DNA of 62,089 bases. Source: Pedosphaera sp. GTDB taxonomy: Bacteria > Verrucomicrobiota > Verrucomicrobiia > Limisphaerales > SIBH01. This document shows positions 10,077 through 19,067 of the stretch, piece after piece. The stretch lies in contig JANOQV010000045.1 in NCBI GenBank assembly GCA_031414955.1, forward strand, positions 1 to 62,089, in the 5' to 3' direction. A model generated the notes under the pieces. It saw only the letters and a list, made by a program, of their open reading frames with translations, was not told the origin of the DNA and searched no databases. A program made the translations under genes and the position numbers. Position 1 is the stretch's first letter; each line of letters starts with the position of its first letter.

Positions 10077-10718
10077 TTAGACGGGCAATCCTTTCCTTTT
10101 CTCCCGCGAATTTTCCCGCGCCGGCGGGAAGTGCTGCCGCGCGATGATTTCCAGCTTGTCCAGGCACTTGCTCAGGCGCGAGCTGACCGTCTTGGGATTT
10201 AACTCCAGTTCTGCGGAAATCTCCTCGTAGCTCAAGTCCGCGAAATAGCGCAGCTCGATGACCTCCTGGCACGGTCCGCCCAGTTCCTCCAGCGCCCGCG
10301 TGATCAGCCCCGCGTCCTCCGTGTTCATCAAGGCCCGGTCCGGACCCGGCGCGTGGCTCGGCGGATCGAGCGTGAAGCCGTTCGGGTCGTCGGGGTTCAG
10401 CGGCGCATCCAGCGAAAGCGGCCGCTGCCCGCCCCCGCGCTTGGCCGCGCGCACTTTCTGGATGTAATCATGCGCCTTGTTCGACGCGATGCGGAACAGC
10501 CACGTCTGGAACTGGCAGTGGCCCTGAAACGTGCCCAGGCTCTTCACCACCGTGAGAAACGTCTCCTGACAAATCTCCTCCACATCCTCCGCCGTGAACG
10601 ACGAACTGACCTGGAAGATGAACCGCCCCGCCGCCGCGTAATGCGCGTCGAACAGCTCATCCCACGCCGCTGCCTCGCCGCGCAGGCAGCGTGCAAGCAG
10701 TTGGGCTTCGGCGGTCAT
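10077..10718 (-). CDS. ECF (sigma-70 group 4) RNA polymerase sigma factor
   Basis: Region 2 (EEICQETFL...FQTWLFRIASN) and region 4 (LRYFADLSYEEIS..L.LNPKTVSSRLS). Confidence 0.92.
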   Translation of the reverse strand: MTAEAQLLARCLRGEAAAWDELFDAHYAAAGRFIFQVSSSFTAEDVEEICQETFLTVVKSLGTFQGHCQFQTWLFRIASNKAHDYIQKVRAAKRGGGQRPLSLDAPLNPDDPNGFTLDPPSHAPGPDRALMNTEDAGLITRALEELGGPCQEVIELRYFADLSYEEISAELELNPKTVSSRLSKCLDKLEIIARQHFPPARENSREKRKGLPV

Positions 10719-10768
10719 GGCGGAAAACTAGAACGAGGGGACACGTTTGGCGAGACGCCAGAAGCCGG

Positions 10769-10836
10769 CCTCCTCTCCCGCCCTGCGGGCACCTTCTCCT
10801 CCATTCGGAATGGAGGAGAGGGATGGGGAGAGGAGG
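10769..10836. repeat. REP-like nested palindrome (CCTCCTCTCCC...GGGAGAGGAGG)
   Basis: 11-bp outer inverted repeat 10769-10779/10826-10836 and a perfect inner hairpin TCTCCTCCATT-CGG-AATGGAGGAGA (10795-10819). Confidence 0.75.
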
Positions 10837-11036
10837 TGCTCGTCGCTCACCCCTCGTCCGCAAGCCATCCCCCCTTCGGGTCCATTCGTTTGACCCCATT
10901 CGTTTGAGCTGGCTCCCGCCTCGTCAGTTCCCGTGATCATTTTACAACTCACCAGACACTTGACCCCGCCCTTTCTTAGAAAGTTCCCGGCAATAATTTG
11001 TTCGCCCCGCGCCCCGCCCCGCCCCACCCTCCCGCC

Positions 11037-11762
11037 ATGCGGCTGCCCGTCATCCAGGGGAAAATCGCCCGGCGCATCCTCGCCAACTTCCGCGCCGACC
11101 CGGCGGTCGTGCAGCGCCTGCTGCCCGCGCCCTTCCGCCCCAAGCTCCACCGCGGCTTCGCCATCGCCGGCGTCTGCCTCATCCGCCTCGAACACATCCG
11201 GCCCGCCTGGATGCCCGCGCCCCTCGGCCTGGCCAGCGAAAATGCCGCCCACCGTATTGCCGTGACCTGGACCGACGACGCGGACGCGGAGCGCGAAGGC
11301 GTCTTCATCCCGCGCCGCGACACCGGCTCCTGGCTCAACCAGATCGCCGGCGGACGCGTCTTTCCCGGCGAACACCATGCCGCGTTTTTCACCGTCACCG
11401 ACCTGGCCGGACGCATCCGCTTCGCCATGCGCTCGCGCGACGGTGCCGTGACCGTGAGCCTCGCAGGACGCGAGACCGGGGCCCTGCCGCCCGCCTCCTG
11501 CTTTGGCTCGCTCGCCGAAGCCTCGGCCTTTTTCGAGGGCGGCAGCCTCGGCTACTCCGTGACCCGCGGCGGACGGCGGCTCGACGGGCTGACGCTCCGC
11601 ACCCGCGAATGGCGCGTGAGCGCCCTCGAGGTGGAGGAGATTCACTCCAGCTACTTTGCCGACGCCACGCGCTTCCCAGCCGGCAGCGTGACCTTCGACC
11701 ACGCCCTGCTCATGCGCGACATCCCGCACGAGTGGCATCAGGCCGAGGATTTGTATGTGTGA
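11037..11762 (+). CDS. DUF2071 (YqjF-like) family protein
   Basis: RRILANFRADP..V..LLP.PF.P, GVCLIRL, SENAAHRIAV, FDHALLMRDIPHEW. Start at ATG 11037. Confidence 0.75.
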   Translation: MRLPVIQGKIARRILANFRADPAVVQRLLPAPFRPKLHRGFAIAGVCLIRLEHIRPAWMPAPLGLASENAAHRIAVTWTDDADAEREGVFIPRRDTGSWLNQIAGGRVFPGEHHAAFFTVTDLAGRIRFAMRSRDGAVTVSLAGRETGALPPASCFGSLAEASAFFEGGSLGYSVTRGGRRLDGLTLRTREWRVSALEVEEIHSSYFADATRFPAGSVTFDHALLMRDIPHEWHQAEDLYV

Positions 11763-11778
11763 ACTGTTGTGCAGAACC

Positions 11779-11991
11779 AAGCCCGGAGGGCTTCAACGTG
11801 AATAGCCCCGGGTCGCACGGCACGAGCGAACCCGGGGATCGGCTGCCTCTACGGCGACAACCCCGGATGGGGTTGAACCCGGCGCATGTTCAAGCGCGCG
11901 ATGGTTCGACCCCTTTTCGGGGTCGGAGTCCGGTCGGCAACTCAAACCCCGGTTGCACCGGGGGCTATTCACATTCAAGCCCTCCGGGCTT
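11779..11991. repeat. MITE/REP-like palindromic element with 31-bp terminal inverted repeats
   Basis: AAGCCCGGAGGGCTTCAACGTGAATAGCCCC versus GGGGCTATTCACATTCAAGCCCTCCGGGCTT (2 mismatches), with internal CCCC..GGGG hairpins. Confidence 0.8.
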
Positions 11992-11994
11992 CGT

Positions 11995-12162
11995 TCCGGC
12001 CTGGATGGCGGGAGCGAGAAGAAGAGCGAATGGCACACGCGCCTGGCCGGAGATTTCCGGGGCTGGGACAAGGACCACGCCCGATTCGAGTCCACGATGG
12101 ATCAGGTCATCAAAGCCCTCCGCGCCTCTGGCGCTGACACAAGCGACGTGTCAGCACGGTGA
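11995..12162 (+). pseudogene. Probable remnant of the C-terminus of a TIR-domain protein
   Basis: Frame reads ...SEKKSEWHTRLAGDFRGWDKDHARFESTMDQVIKALRA, recalling the C-terminal tail (RxxxDFxxW..D..F..V...LRA) of bacterial TIR_2 proteins. No credible start. Confidence 0.45.
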
Positions 12163-12168
12163 ACGCGA

Positions 12169-13956
12169 TCATTTCTTCAATCGGAAGAAGATCGGACTAC
12201 TGGCGGGATTGTTCGTCACCACGTTCTCGCTGCCGGTGACCACAGGCGTCGCGACCACATCCTGCCAGTTGGTCGTGACCAGGTTGGTGTTGGATTGGAG
12301 GGAATAGCCCGTCGCGCTCGCCGTCCAGGCCAGCCGGGCCTGCCCGGCCGCGAGCGGTTCGATGCGCAGAGCCGGCGCGACGGCGGTCACGGCGGCGAAG
12401 GTCAGGCCCAGTCGCAGTTCGTCCACAGTGAAGGTGCCGATGCCCGGGTCTTCGCGGAAGGCGAAGGCGTTCACCGCGACCTCAGCGGCGCTGTCGGTCA
12501 AACCCAAACCAAAGTCGAGATCCGACTCGGAGGCTGGATTCACTACCAGCCTGGCCCGTCCGTCACGAGGGCTGTATTTCACGACCACGCGATAGCTCGT
12601 ATTGGTGGAGAGGTTGGTGGCGAGTTGGACGGGCACGGTTTGCCCCGAATCCAGCAAGCCGAGGCGGAATGTTCCGGGGCCGGCGTTGTTGGTGTTGGCA
12701 AAGATCCGACAGCGGGCGCTGGTGGTGTTGAAGTGGGCGAAATAATCGCCGCCACCGGTGGGCAGGGCGGAGAAGTTCACGAGGAAGCTGGCGTAGAGGT
12801 AGGTGGGGAAATTCGTGGTGTAAGGCCCGCCGGGAAGGATGACGCTCACATCTTCCGTGAACGCGGTGGAGAGCACCATCTTCCCGTCCACCACCTGCAC
12901 CTGTCCCGTGGTCGTGCCGCTGTGATGCGCCCACGGCGGCGTGGCATTCGTGATGAGCGCGCCGTCGGGGTAATTGAATTCATCCGCGAACAATAGCGCC
13001 GGAACCACGGTGACGAGGAACGAGTCGCGGCTGGTGTTGAAGCCATCAAACACCGACACGGTCACGGTGGCGGAGCCGGTCAGATTGGCCGCCGTGATTT
13101 GCACGGTGCGGTTGGACCCGCTGCCGCTCAACGCCGCCGAGATCAGGTTGCTGTCCGAAACGCTCGCGGTCAGGACCAGGAAGTTCGCCGTCGTTTCAGC
13201 GTCGCCCACGAGGAACCCCAGACCCGACCCGGTGGCACCCGCCGCCACTTGCTGATCGGGGATGTTGGAAATGGACGGCGCTTCGTTGCCCGAGAGCGCT
13301 TCGCCGAAGCTGCTCGCGACCAACAGATCATCCACCAGGAGCGCGCCCAGGCCGGGGTCCTGCCGCCAGGCAAAGGCGTTGGCGCTGGACGCCGAGACCA
13401 CGTCCGCCGCCGTGATCGAAGGGTCGCTGTCGGAAGCGGGATCCACCCAGAGCGTGGCCGTGGCGTTGTTGATGACGTGGCGCGTCACCACGGTGTAAGT
13501 CTGGTTGGTGTTCAGGTCCGCAGCCCAGTTGACCGAGGCGGTGGTGCCGCCATTGGCCAGGCCGAGCCGGAATTTTCCGACCGCCGCGCCGTTGGTCACA
13601 ACAAAGACACGCGCTCGCGCGCTGGTGCCATCGAGGTGGGCAAAATAATTTCCGCTCGCACCGTTCGGGGGGGAGAGGACATAGACGGTGAACCGCGAGT
13701 AAAGCGTGGTGCCGCTGCTGGCGGGATACGAGACGGCCAGGGAGGAGGCCACGTCCTCCGTTTCAGTTCGCGTGAGTTCGACCAAGCCATTGGTCACATT
13801 CACCTCGTCGGTGCCGCCGGTGGTGTGGCGCCATTTGCCAGCCGAGGCGTTGGTCAGCACGCCGTTGGTGTAAGGAAACGTGTCGCTGAGCACGATGGCG
13901 GCGCGGAGGTTGAGACACGCGGAGCAGACAAAGAGGAGAGAGAGCAGTGTTTTCAT
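12169..13956 (-). CDS. Secreted protein: two repeated beta-sandwich domains, an Ig/cadherin-like linker and a Verrucomicrobia-type C-terminal domain
   Basis: Signal peptide. Internal duplication ([16 protein letters not shown] / [16 protein letters not shown]). Tail LAW...[12 protein letters not shown]...FFRLKK. Confidence 0.8.
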   Translation of the reverse strand: MKTLLSLLFVCSACLNLRAAIVLSDTFPYTNGVLTNASAGKWRHTTGGTDEVNVTNGLVELTRTETEDVASSLAVSYPASSGTTLYSRFTVYVLSPPNGASGNYFAHLDGTSARARVFVVTNGAAVGKFRLGLANGGTTASVNWAADLNTNQTYTVVTRHVINNATATLWVDPASDSDPSITAADVVSASSANAFAWRQDPGLGALLVDDLLVASSFGEALSGNEAPSISNIPDQQVAAGATGSGLGFLVGDAETTANFLVLTASVSDSNLISAALSGSGSNRTVQITAANLTGSATVTVSVFDGFNTSRDSFLVTVVPALLFADEFNYPDGALITNATPPWAHHSGTTTGQVQVVDGKMVLSTAFTEDVSVILPGGPYTTNFPTYLYASFLVNFSALPTGGGDYFAHFNTTSARCRIFANTNNAGPGTFRLGLLDSGQTVPVQLATNLSTNTSYRVVVKYSPRDGRARLVVNPASESDLDFGLGLTDSAAEVAVNAFAFREDPGIGTFTVDELRLGLTFAAVTAVAPALRIEPLAAGQARLAWTASATGYSLQSNTNLVTTNWQDVVATPVVTGSENVVTNNPASSPIFFRLKK

Positions 13957-14663
13957 TGGGTTTCAGGAGGATACCAGATCAGATCAGGGTTATTCGTGCG
14001 GCCTCTGCTGGCGGCGTAGTCCCAGTATTCAGGGCTGCGAAACCGGGCCACATGCGAGTCGAGGAAAAGAAAGTTCGCGCCTCGACTGTGCAAGTTGGTG
14101 TGGACGTAGTTGGGAGTGCCGACCGCCGGCAAATTCTTGGAGTCGTAAAGCCAGACGATGACGGATGGATTTTGAAAGGTCGTGAGACGAGCCTGATTTC
14201 CACTCCCGGTCCCGTTCACATTTTCGTTCAGGCAATAGTGAAACAGGTTGTTGCCATTGCTGCGGCGCGGGTTCGAAGGACAAAGCCAAACGACCTTTCC
14301 AGGATCGATGCCTGCATTCGTGCGCCACGGCATGTCGTGATAGCGCGGCAAGTCCATCGCTTTGGGCAGGTCGATGTACCAGCCGACATTGGTTGATGAG
14401 TTTCCGGGATTGGGCGTGCCGTCCTGGGGCAACAGATCGTCGTTGTCGGTGACAAAGAGGTGCGTGGCGAGACCCCATTGTCTCAAGTTGTTCAGACACA
14501 CGGTCGCCTTCGCCTTTCCCTTCGCGTTGTTCAGCGCCGGCAATAACAGCGCCGCGAGAATCGCAATGATGGCGATGACGACGAGCAGTTCGATGAGCGT
14601 GAACGCCAACCGCTTCGCTTGTGGGAAGCGCGGTCTCCACTGAGTGGCCCTTGCAGGAAGCAT
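13953..14663 (-). CDS. Prepilin-type N-terminal cleavage/methylation protein with H-X9-DG-like motif (DUF1559-like)
   Basis: [25 protein letters not shown]...CLNNLRQW and [13 protein letters not shown]. Start at ATG 14663. Confidence 0.88.
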   Translation of the reverse strand: MLPARATQWRPRFPQAKRLAFTLIELLVVIAIIAILAALLLPALNNAKGKAKATVCLNNLRQWGLATHLFVTDNDDLLPQDGTPNPGNSSTNVGWYIDLPKAMDLPRYHDMPWRTNAGIDPGKVVWLCPSNPRRSNGNNLFHYCLNENVNGTGSGNQARLTTFQNPSVIVWLYDSKNLPAVGTPNYVHTNLHSRGANFLFLDSHVARFRSPEYWDYAASRGRTNNPDLIWYPPETQ

Positions 14664-14848
14664 GGCTGGAACTGGGTTTGCTGTTGCTGAACTGAGGCGG
14701 ACGCTAGACAAGTCATCCCCTGATGAGCAAGCAGGCGTTTCGGAAATCTTGTGCCTTGGGTGGCCTCTGCCAAATGTGCCCAAGTTAATCCGTGTGCGTA
14801 TTATAAAATTGCGCCACGGCGGGGAGTGCTTGATAGTCGGCGCGTCAC

Positions 14849-15985
14849 ATGAAAAGAGGACGCCTCCAGATCGTTCGTTCGCTCGCGCTGATGGCGGGCG
14901 CGGTTTTCTTTCTCGTCGCCCCAATCCGCGCCGCCGACTGGCCCCAGTTCCGCGGCCATCCCTCCCTCAACGGCCAGGCTGCCGACCCCATCCCGGACAA
15001 GCCGGTGCTGCTCTGGACTTACAAGACCGGCGGCCCGGTGCGCTCGTCGCCGGCGGTCGCGGGCGGAAAAGTGTTCGTCGGCTCGGACGACATGCACTTG
15101 CACGCCATCGACTTCGCCACCGGGAAATCGAACTGGGTGGGCAAGACGGACGGCGTGATTGAATCCTCGCCGCTGGTGCTGGAGGGCAAAGTCTATTTCG
15201 GCTCGGACGACGGGGTGTTGCGCTGTGCAGATGCGGCCACGGGGAAGCCGGTGTGGAAGTTCGAGGCGGGCGACAAGATTCCCGGATCACCGAATTACAC
15301 GCGCAGCGCGGATGGCAAGGGCTGGTCGATCCTGTTCGGGAGTTTTGACAGCGGGCTGTATTGCCTCGACGCGGCCACGGGCCGGAGCAACTGGGTTTTC
15401 CAGACCGGCACGGGCATCAAGGGCACGCCCGGCATCGCCGACGGCATCACGGCCGTGGGCGGCTGCGACGCGGTGCTGCACATCATTTCTCTTAAAGACG
15501 GCTCGAAGCTGAAGGAGATCGAAATCGGCGCGCCGATGATGGGTTCGGTGGCGGTGACGACGAATCGCGCCTACGTGGGGCATTACGAGAACGAGTTCAT
15601 GGCCATCGATCTGGTGAAGGGCACGAACTTGTGGACGTTCAAGGAGCGGGCGTTCGCCTACGTGTCGTCGCCCGCGCTGACGAAGGATCACGTCATCTTC
15701 GGCGGGCGCGACAAGCGTTTGCATTGCGTGAAGCGCGAGACGGGCGAGGAAGTGTGGAGCTTCCCCACGCGCGGCAAGGTGGACAGTTCACCAGTGGTGG
15801 CCGGCGACAAGGTGGTGGTCGGCTCGGACGACGGCCGCCTCTACGTGGTGAGCCTGGCCACGGGCAAGGAATTGTGGAGCTACGAAATCGGCCAGCCCAT
15901 CGAGAGTTCGCCCGCCGTGGCGGACGGGAAGATCATCGTCGGCTGCAATGACGGGAGCGTTTATTGTTTTGGGGTGAAGAAATGA
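14849..15985 (+). CDS. PQQ-binding-like beta-propeller repeat protein (BamB-like)
   Basis: Signal peptide, DWPQFRG, repeated SSP.V....V..GSDDG.L...D..TG...W. Confidence 0.9.
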   Translation: MKRGRLQIVRSLALMAGAVFFLVAPIRAADWPQFRGHPSLNGQAADPIPDKPVLLWTYKTGGPVRSSPAVAGGKVFVGSDDMHLHAIDFATGKSNWVGKTDGVIESSPLVLEGKVYFGSDDGVLRCADAATGKPVWKFEAGDKIPGSPNYTRSADGKGWSILFGSFDSGLYCLDAATGRSNWVFQTGTGIKGTPGIADGITAVGGCDAVLHIISLKDGSKLKEIEIGAPMMGSVAVTTNRAYVGHYENEFMAIDLVKGTNLWTFKERAFAYVSSPALTKDHVIFGGRDKRLHCVKRETGEEVWSFPTRGKVDSSPVVAGDKVVVGSDDGRLYVVSLATGKELWSYEIGQPIESSPAVADGKIIVGCNDGSVYCFGVKK

Positions 15986-16878
15986 ACGCCGAACAGATTA
16001 TCAAGCGCCGGTGCAATGAGTGGGCGGAGCAATTCAGCAAAGAAGACATCGATCCAGAGAACGACAGCTACTTACGCGATTTAAGGAAGAATTTTTTCCA
16101 AGGGTTGGAGCAAGAGACCGAGAATCAAATCGATGATGGCGATGGGGGCGAACTGAAACGTAGAGGCAGCAAGCCACCAAAATCTGCGGCCTTTCACTCC
16201 TCGACTGTGCTTGTTGTGAACCTAATGCAATACTGGCGCAAGATTGGGCAACTCGGAGCCCTCTCCGAGGTTTTGTTCGGAGAAGGCGCTTGCACTCAGT
16301 TGACGTTTGAATCGAAGCACCCAACGGGAGTGCGTGGGGAAGGGAGGAAAAAAGAGTCGAAGGCAAATTTGGACGCGGAGTTTTTGGGTGCCGGATTGCA
16401 CCTCGCCGTGGAGGGTAAATTTAGTGAGCCGTTTTCCTCGAAGAGAAAAAAAACAGACCTTTTTCGTCCCGTGTACTTCGACAAGTGCCATGAGCAGATA
16501 TGGGATAAACTTTCCAAATGCCGAGAGCTGGCCTGGCAGATTGAGAAAGGGGAACCAGAGCCTCTCTACTTTGAACGGCTGGATGCTGCTCAATTACTCA
16601 AACATTCATTGGCGCTGACCCAAAAATACGGCGCAAAGAAATTTCGGCTCTTGCTTCTATGGTACAAAGTTTCAGCACCGGCTGGCTCTAAAGCGGAAGC
16701 GCAAGTGTCAAAGCTGGAAGAAGAGATTGGGTTCTTTCGCAACCATATTGCTGGCGAAGTGAATTTCGAATCGAAGACTTACCAAAAAGTGTTCGACGAA
16801 CTTCGGGAACATCGTTCCGCACACCCGAGTTATTTCGATTACATGGAAACCCGATACTTTCCCGAATTCAAACAATGA
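15982..16878 (+). CDS. Putative PD-(D/E)XK restriction-endonuclease-like protein (PGN_0703-like)
   Basis: AFHSS..L.VN, FESKHPTG, ANLD...AVEGKFSEPF, LDAAQLLKH.LAL. Visibly lower GC than its neighbours. ATGA overlaps at both ends. Confidence 0.65.
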   Translation: MNAEQIIKRRCNEWAEQFSKEDIDPENDSYLRDLRKNFFQGLEQETENQIDDGDGGELKRRGSKPPKSAAFHSSTVLVVNLMQYWRKIGQLGALSEVLFGEGACTQLTFESKHPTGVRGEGRKKESKANLDAEFLGAGLHLAVEGKFSEPFSSKRKKTDLFRPVYFDKCHEQIWDKLSKCRELAWQIEKGEPEPLYFERLDAAQLLKHSLALTQKYGAKKFRLLLLWYKVSAPAGSKAEAQVSKLEEEIGFFRNHIAGEVNFESKTYQKVFDELREHRSAHPSYFDYMETRYFPEFKQ

Positions 16879-18404
16879 AACCCAACACACTCATTCCCAC
16901 GCTCCTTCTCTCCGTCGCCTGCGCTGCGTCACTCCTTGCGGCCGACGCCGATAAAACCAACGCCCCCGCCGCCAAGAAAGACGACGCCAAACTCGCGCCC
17001 GCCGTGCCCGACGCCACGCGCAAGCCGAGCGTGGTGACGAACACCGTGACCATCGCCGGACAGCTGGTCACCTACGCGGTCGAGACCGGCATGTTGCCAT
17101 TGCTCAAGACAGACGGAGTGCCGCGTGCGTCGGTCTTCTACATCGCTTACACGAAAGCCGGCGCTACGAACCCGGCCACGCGGCCGGTGATGTTTTGCTT
17201 CAACGGCGGTCCCGGCTCGTCATCGGTCTGGCTGCACCTGGGCGGACTCGGCCCGCGCCGCGTGGTCATGAACGAGGACGGCACGCTGCCCAAGCCGCCG
17301 TTCGGCCTGACGGACAACGATTATTCTATCCTGCACGCCACGGATCTCGTGTTCATCGATCCGGTGGCGACGGGTTTCAGCCGGCCGACCAAGGACGAAC
17401 AAGCTGGTCAATTCTTCGGCCAGTCGGGTGACATCGAGTCGGTGGGCGAATTCATCCGGCTCTGGACCACGCGCAATCTGCGCTGGCGCTCGCCCAAGTA
17501 TCTGCTCGGCGAAAGCTACGGCGTGTTCCGCGCGGCCGGATTGTCGGCTCATCTGCACAGCCGCTACGGCATGTATTTGAACGGCATCGTGCTGCTCTCG
17601 GGCGTGATGGATTTCGCCACGATTCGCGAAGGGGCTGGGAATGATTTGCCGTCGCTCTGCTTCCTGCCGACCTTCACCGCCGCTGCGCAATCCCACAAAA
17701 AGCTCCCGCCTGATTTGCAGAATGATTTGCCCAAGGCGCTGGCCGAGGCGCGCGAGCTCATCAAGAGCCAGTATCCGGCTGCGCTGATCGCGGGTGCGTC
17801 GCTGCCGGCGGCGGAACGTGCAACCATCGTCGCCAAGCTCGCGCGGCTTACGGGCCTGCCGCCGCGCGTCATCGAGGACAACGACCTGCGCGTGAGCACA
17901 TCGACCTTCCGCGAAATGCTCCTGCGCGACGAGGGCATCATCATCGGCCGCTACGACGCGCGCATCAAAGGCCGGGACGCGGACAAGTCGGGATCTTCGC
18001 CGCGCTTCGATCCGAGCTACGCGGCGACGCTCGGGCCGTTCTCCGCGGCGATGAACGCCTACCTGCGCGAGGAGCTGAAATTTGAGAACGACCTGCCCTA
18101 CGAAATCCTCGCCGGTGTCGGCCCGTGGACTTTCAGTGCGCAGCAGTCTTATCCGACCACGAGCGACAGCCTCGCGTCGGCGATGAACCAGAATCAATAT
18201 TTGCGCGTGCTCGTGCTCGGGAGCCTGCGCGACCTCGCCTGTCCCATCGACGGCATCCGCTACAGCATCGATCACCTGACCATTGATGCAGCGCAGCGCG
18301 CGAACATCAGCTACGCCGAATACGAGTCCGGCCACATGATGTATGTGAACCTGCCCGACCTGAAGAAGCTGCAGAAGGATTTGGAAAACTTCCTGAAGCC
18401 ATGA
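16875..18404 (+). CDS. Peptidase S10 (serine carboxypeptidase)
   Basis: Signal peptide, FNGGPGSSS, FIDPVATGFS, GESYG nucleophile, SGHMMY catalytic His. Confidence 0.92.
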   Translation: MKPNTLIPTLLLSVACAASLLAADADKTNAPAAKKDDAKLAPAVPDATRKPSVVTNTVTIAGQLVTYAVETGMLPLLKTDGVPRASVFYIAYTKAGATNPATRPVMFCFNGGPGSSSVWLHLGGLGPRRVVMNEDGTLPKPPFGLTDNDYSILHATDLVFIDPVATGFSRPTKDEQAGQFFGQSGDIESVGEFIRLWTTRNLRWRSPKYLLGESYGVFRAAGLSAHLHSRYGMYLNGIVLLSGVMDFATIREGAGNDLPSLCFLPTFTAAAQSHKKLPPDLQNDLPKALAEARELIKSQYPAALIAGASLPAAERATIVAKLARLTGLPPRVIEDNDLRVSTSTFREMLLRDEGIIIGRYDARIKGRDADKSGSSPRFDPSYAATLGPFSAAMNAYLREELKFENDLPYEILAGVGPWTFSAQQSYPTTSDSLASAMNQNQYLRVLVLGSLRDLACPIDGIRYSIDHLTIDAAQRANISYAEYESGHMMYVNLPDLKKLQKDLENFLKP

Positions 18405-18886
18405 AGCCGAAGGTTTATCTGGAGACAACCGTGGTAAGCCTGCTCACCGCACGGCCTGCTCGTGATGTCATCATGATGAGCATGATAGCGCAGACGAAGA
18501 AATGGTGGGTCACAGAGCGCGAGCGATTTGAACTAATAGTGTCGGACATCGTGATTCGCGAAGCCGCCGCAGGAGATGTCGCGGCCGCGCGTCGCCGGAA
18601 CGAAGTATTGCAGCAACTGGTCGCGGTCGAGAATGACGCCGAATCCCAAGCGCTCGCTGATGTGTTCCTCCAAAACATGGCTCTGCCCGCGAAGGCTTCC
18701 GATGACGCGCTGCACATCGCCATCGCCGCAGTAAATCAGATGGACTATCTTTTGACATGGAATTGCCGACACATTGCGAACGCTGCGATGCGACCAAAAC
18801 TGGAAGGGCTGTGCCTCGCCGAGGGTTACCGCTGTCCAATCATCTGCACTCCGCCTGAACTAAGGAAACCTGGTTATGAAGACTGA
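18401..18886 (+). CDS. PIN-domain (VapC-like) toxin
   Basis: VYLETTVVS, DALHIAIA, DYLLTWNCRHIAN, PIICTP. Confidence 0.85.
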   Translation: MKPKVYLETTVVSLLTARPARDVIMMSMIAQTKKWWVTERERFELIVSDIVIREAAAGDVAAARRRNEVLQQLVAVENDAESQALADVFLQNMALPAKASDDALHIAIAAVNQMDYLLTWNCRHIANAAMRPKLEGLCLAEGYRCPIICTPPELRKPGYED

Positions 18887-19058
18887 TCCAATCCTCAATG
18901 AAATCCGTCGCTTCCGCGATGAGCACGCGAAGAAGTTTAACTACGACCTCAACGCCATTTGCGAAGACCATCGCCGTCACGCAGCAGAGTTGAAGAAGCA
19001 AGGTTGGAAATTCGTGAAGCTGCCGCGCCGTCGCCGGCCGACGGCCAAGGCAGCCTGA
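18876..19058 (+). CDS. Small putative antitoxin partner of the PIN protein
   Basis: 60 aa, DPILNEIRRFRDEHAKKFNYDL.AI.ED, overlapping the PIN gene end. Confidence 0.65.
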   Translation: MKTDPILNEIRRFRDEHAKKFNYDLNAICEDHRRHAAELKKQGWKFVKLPRRRRPTAKAA

Positions 19059-19067
19059 GCCACTGCC

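Noticed and set aside
14664..14800. Possible riboswitch upstream of the prepilin gene
   Set aside because: No cobalamin, c-di-GMP or other consensus could be matched by eye; an Rfam/Infernal scan would be needed.
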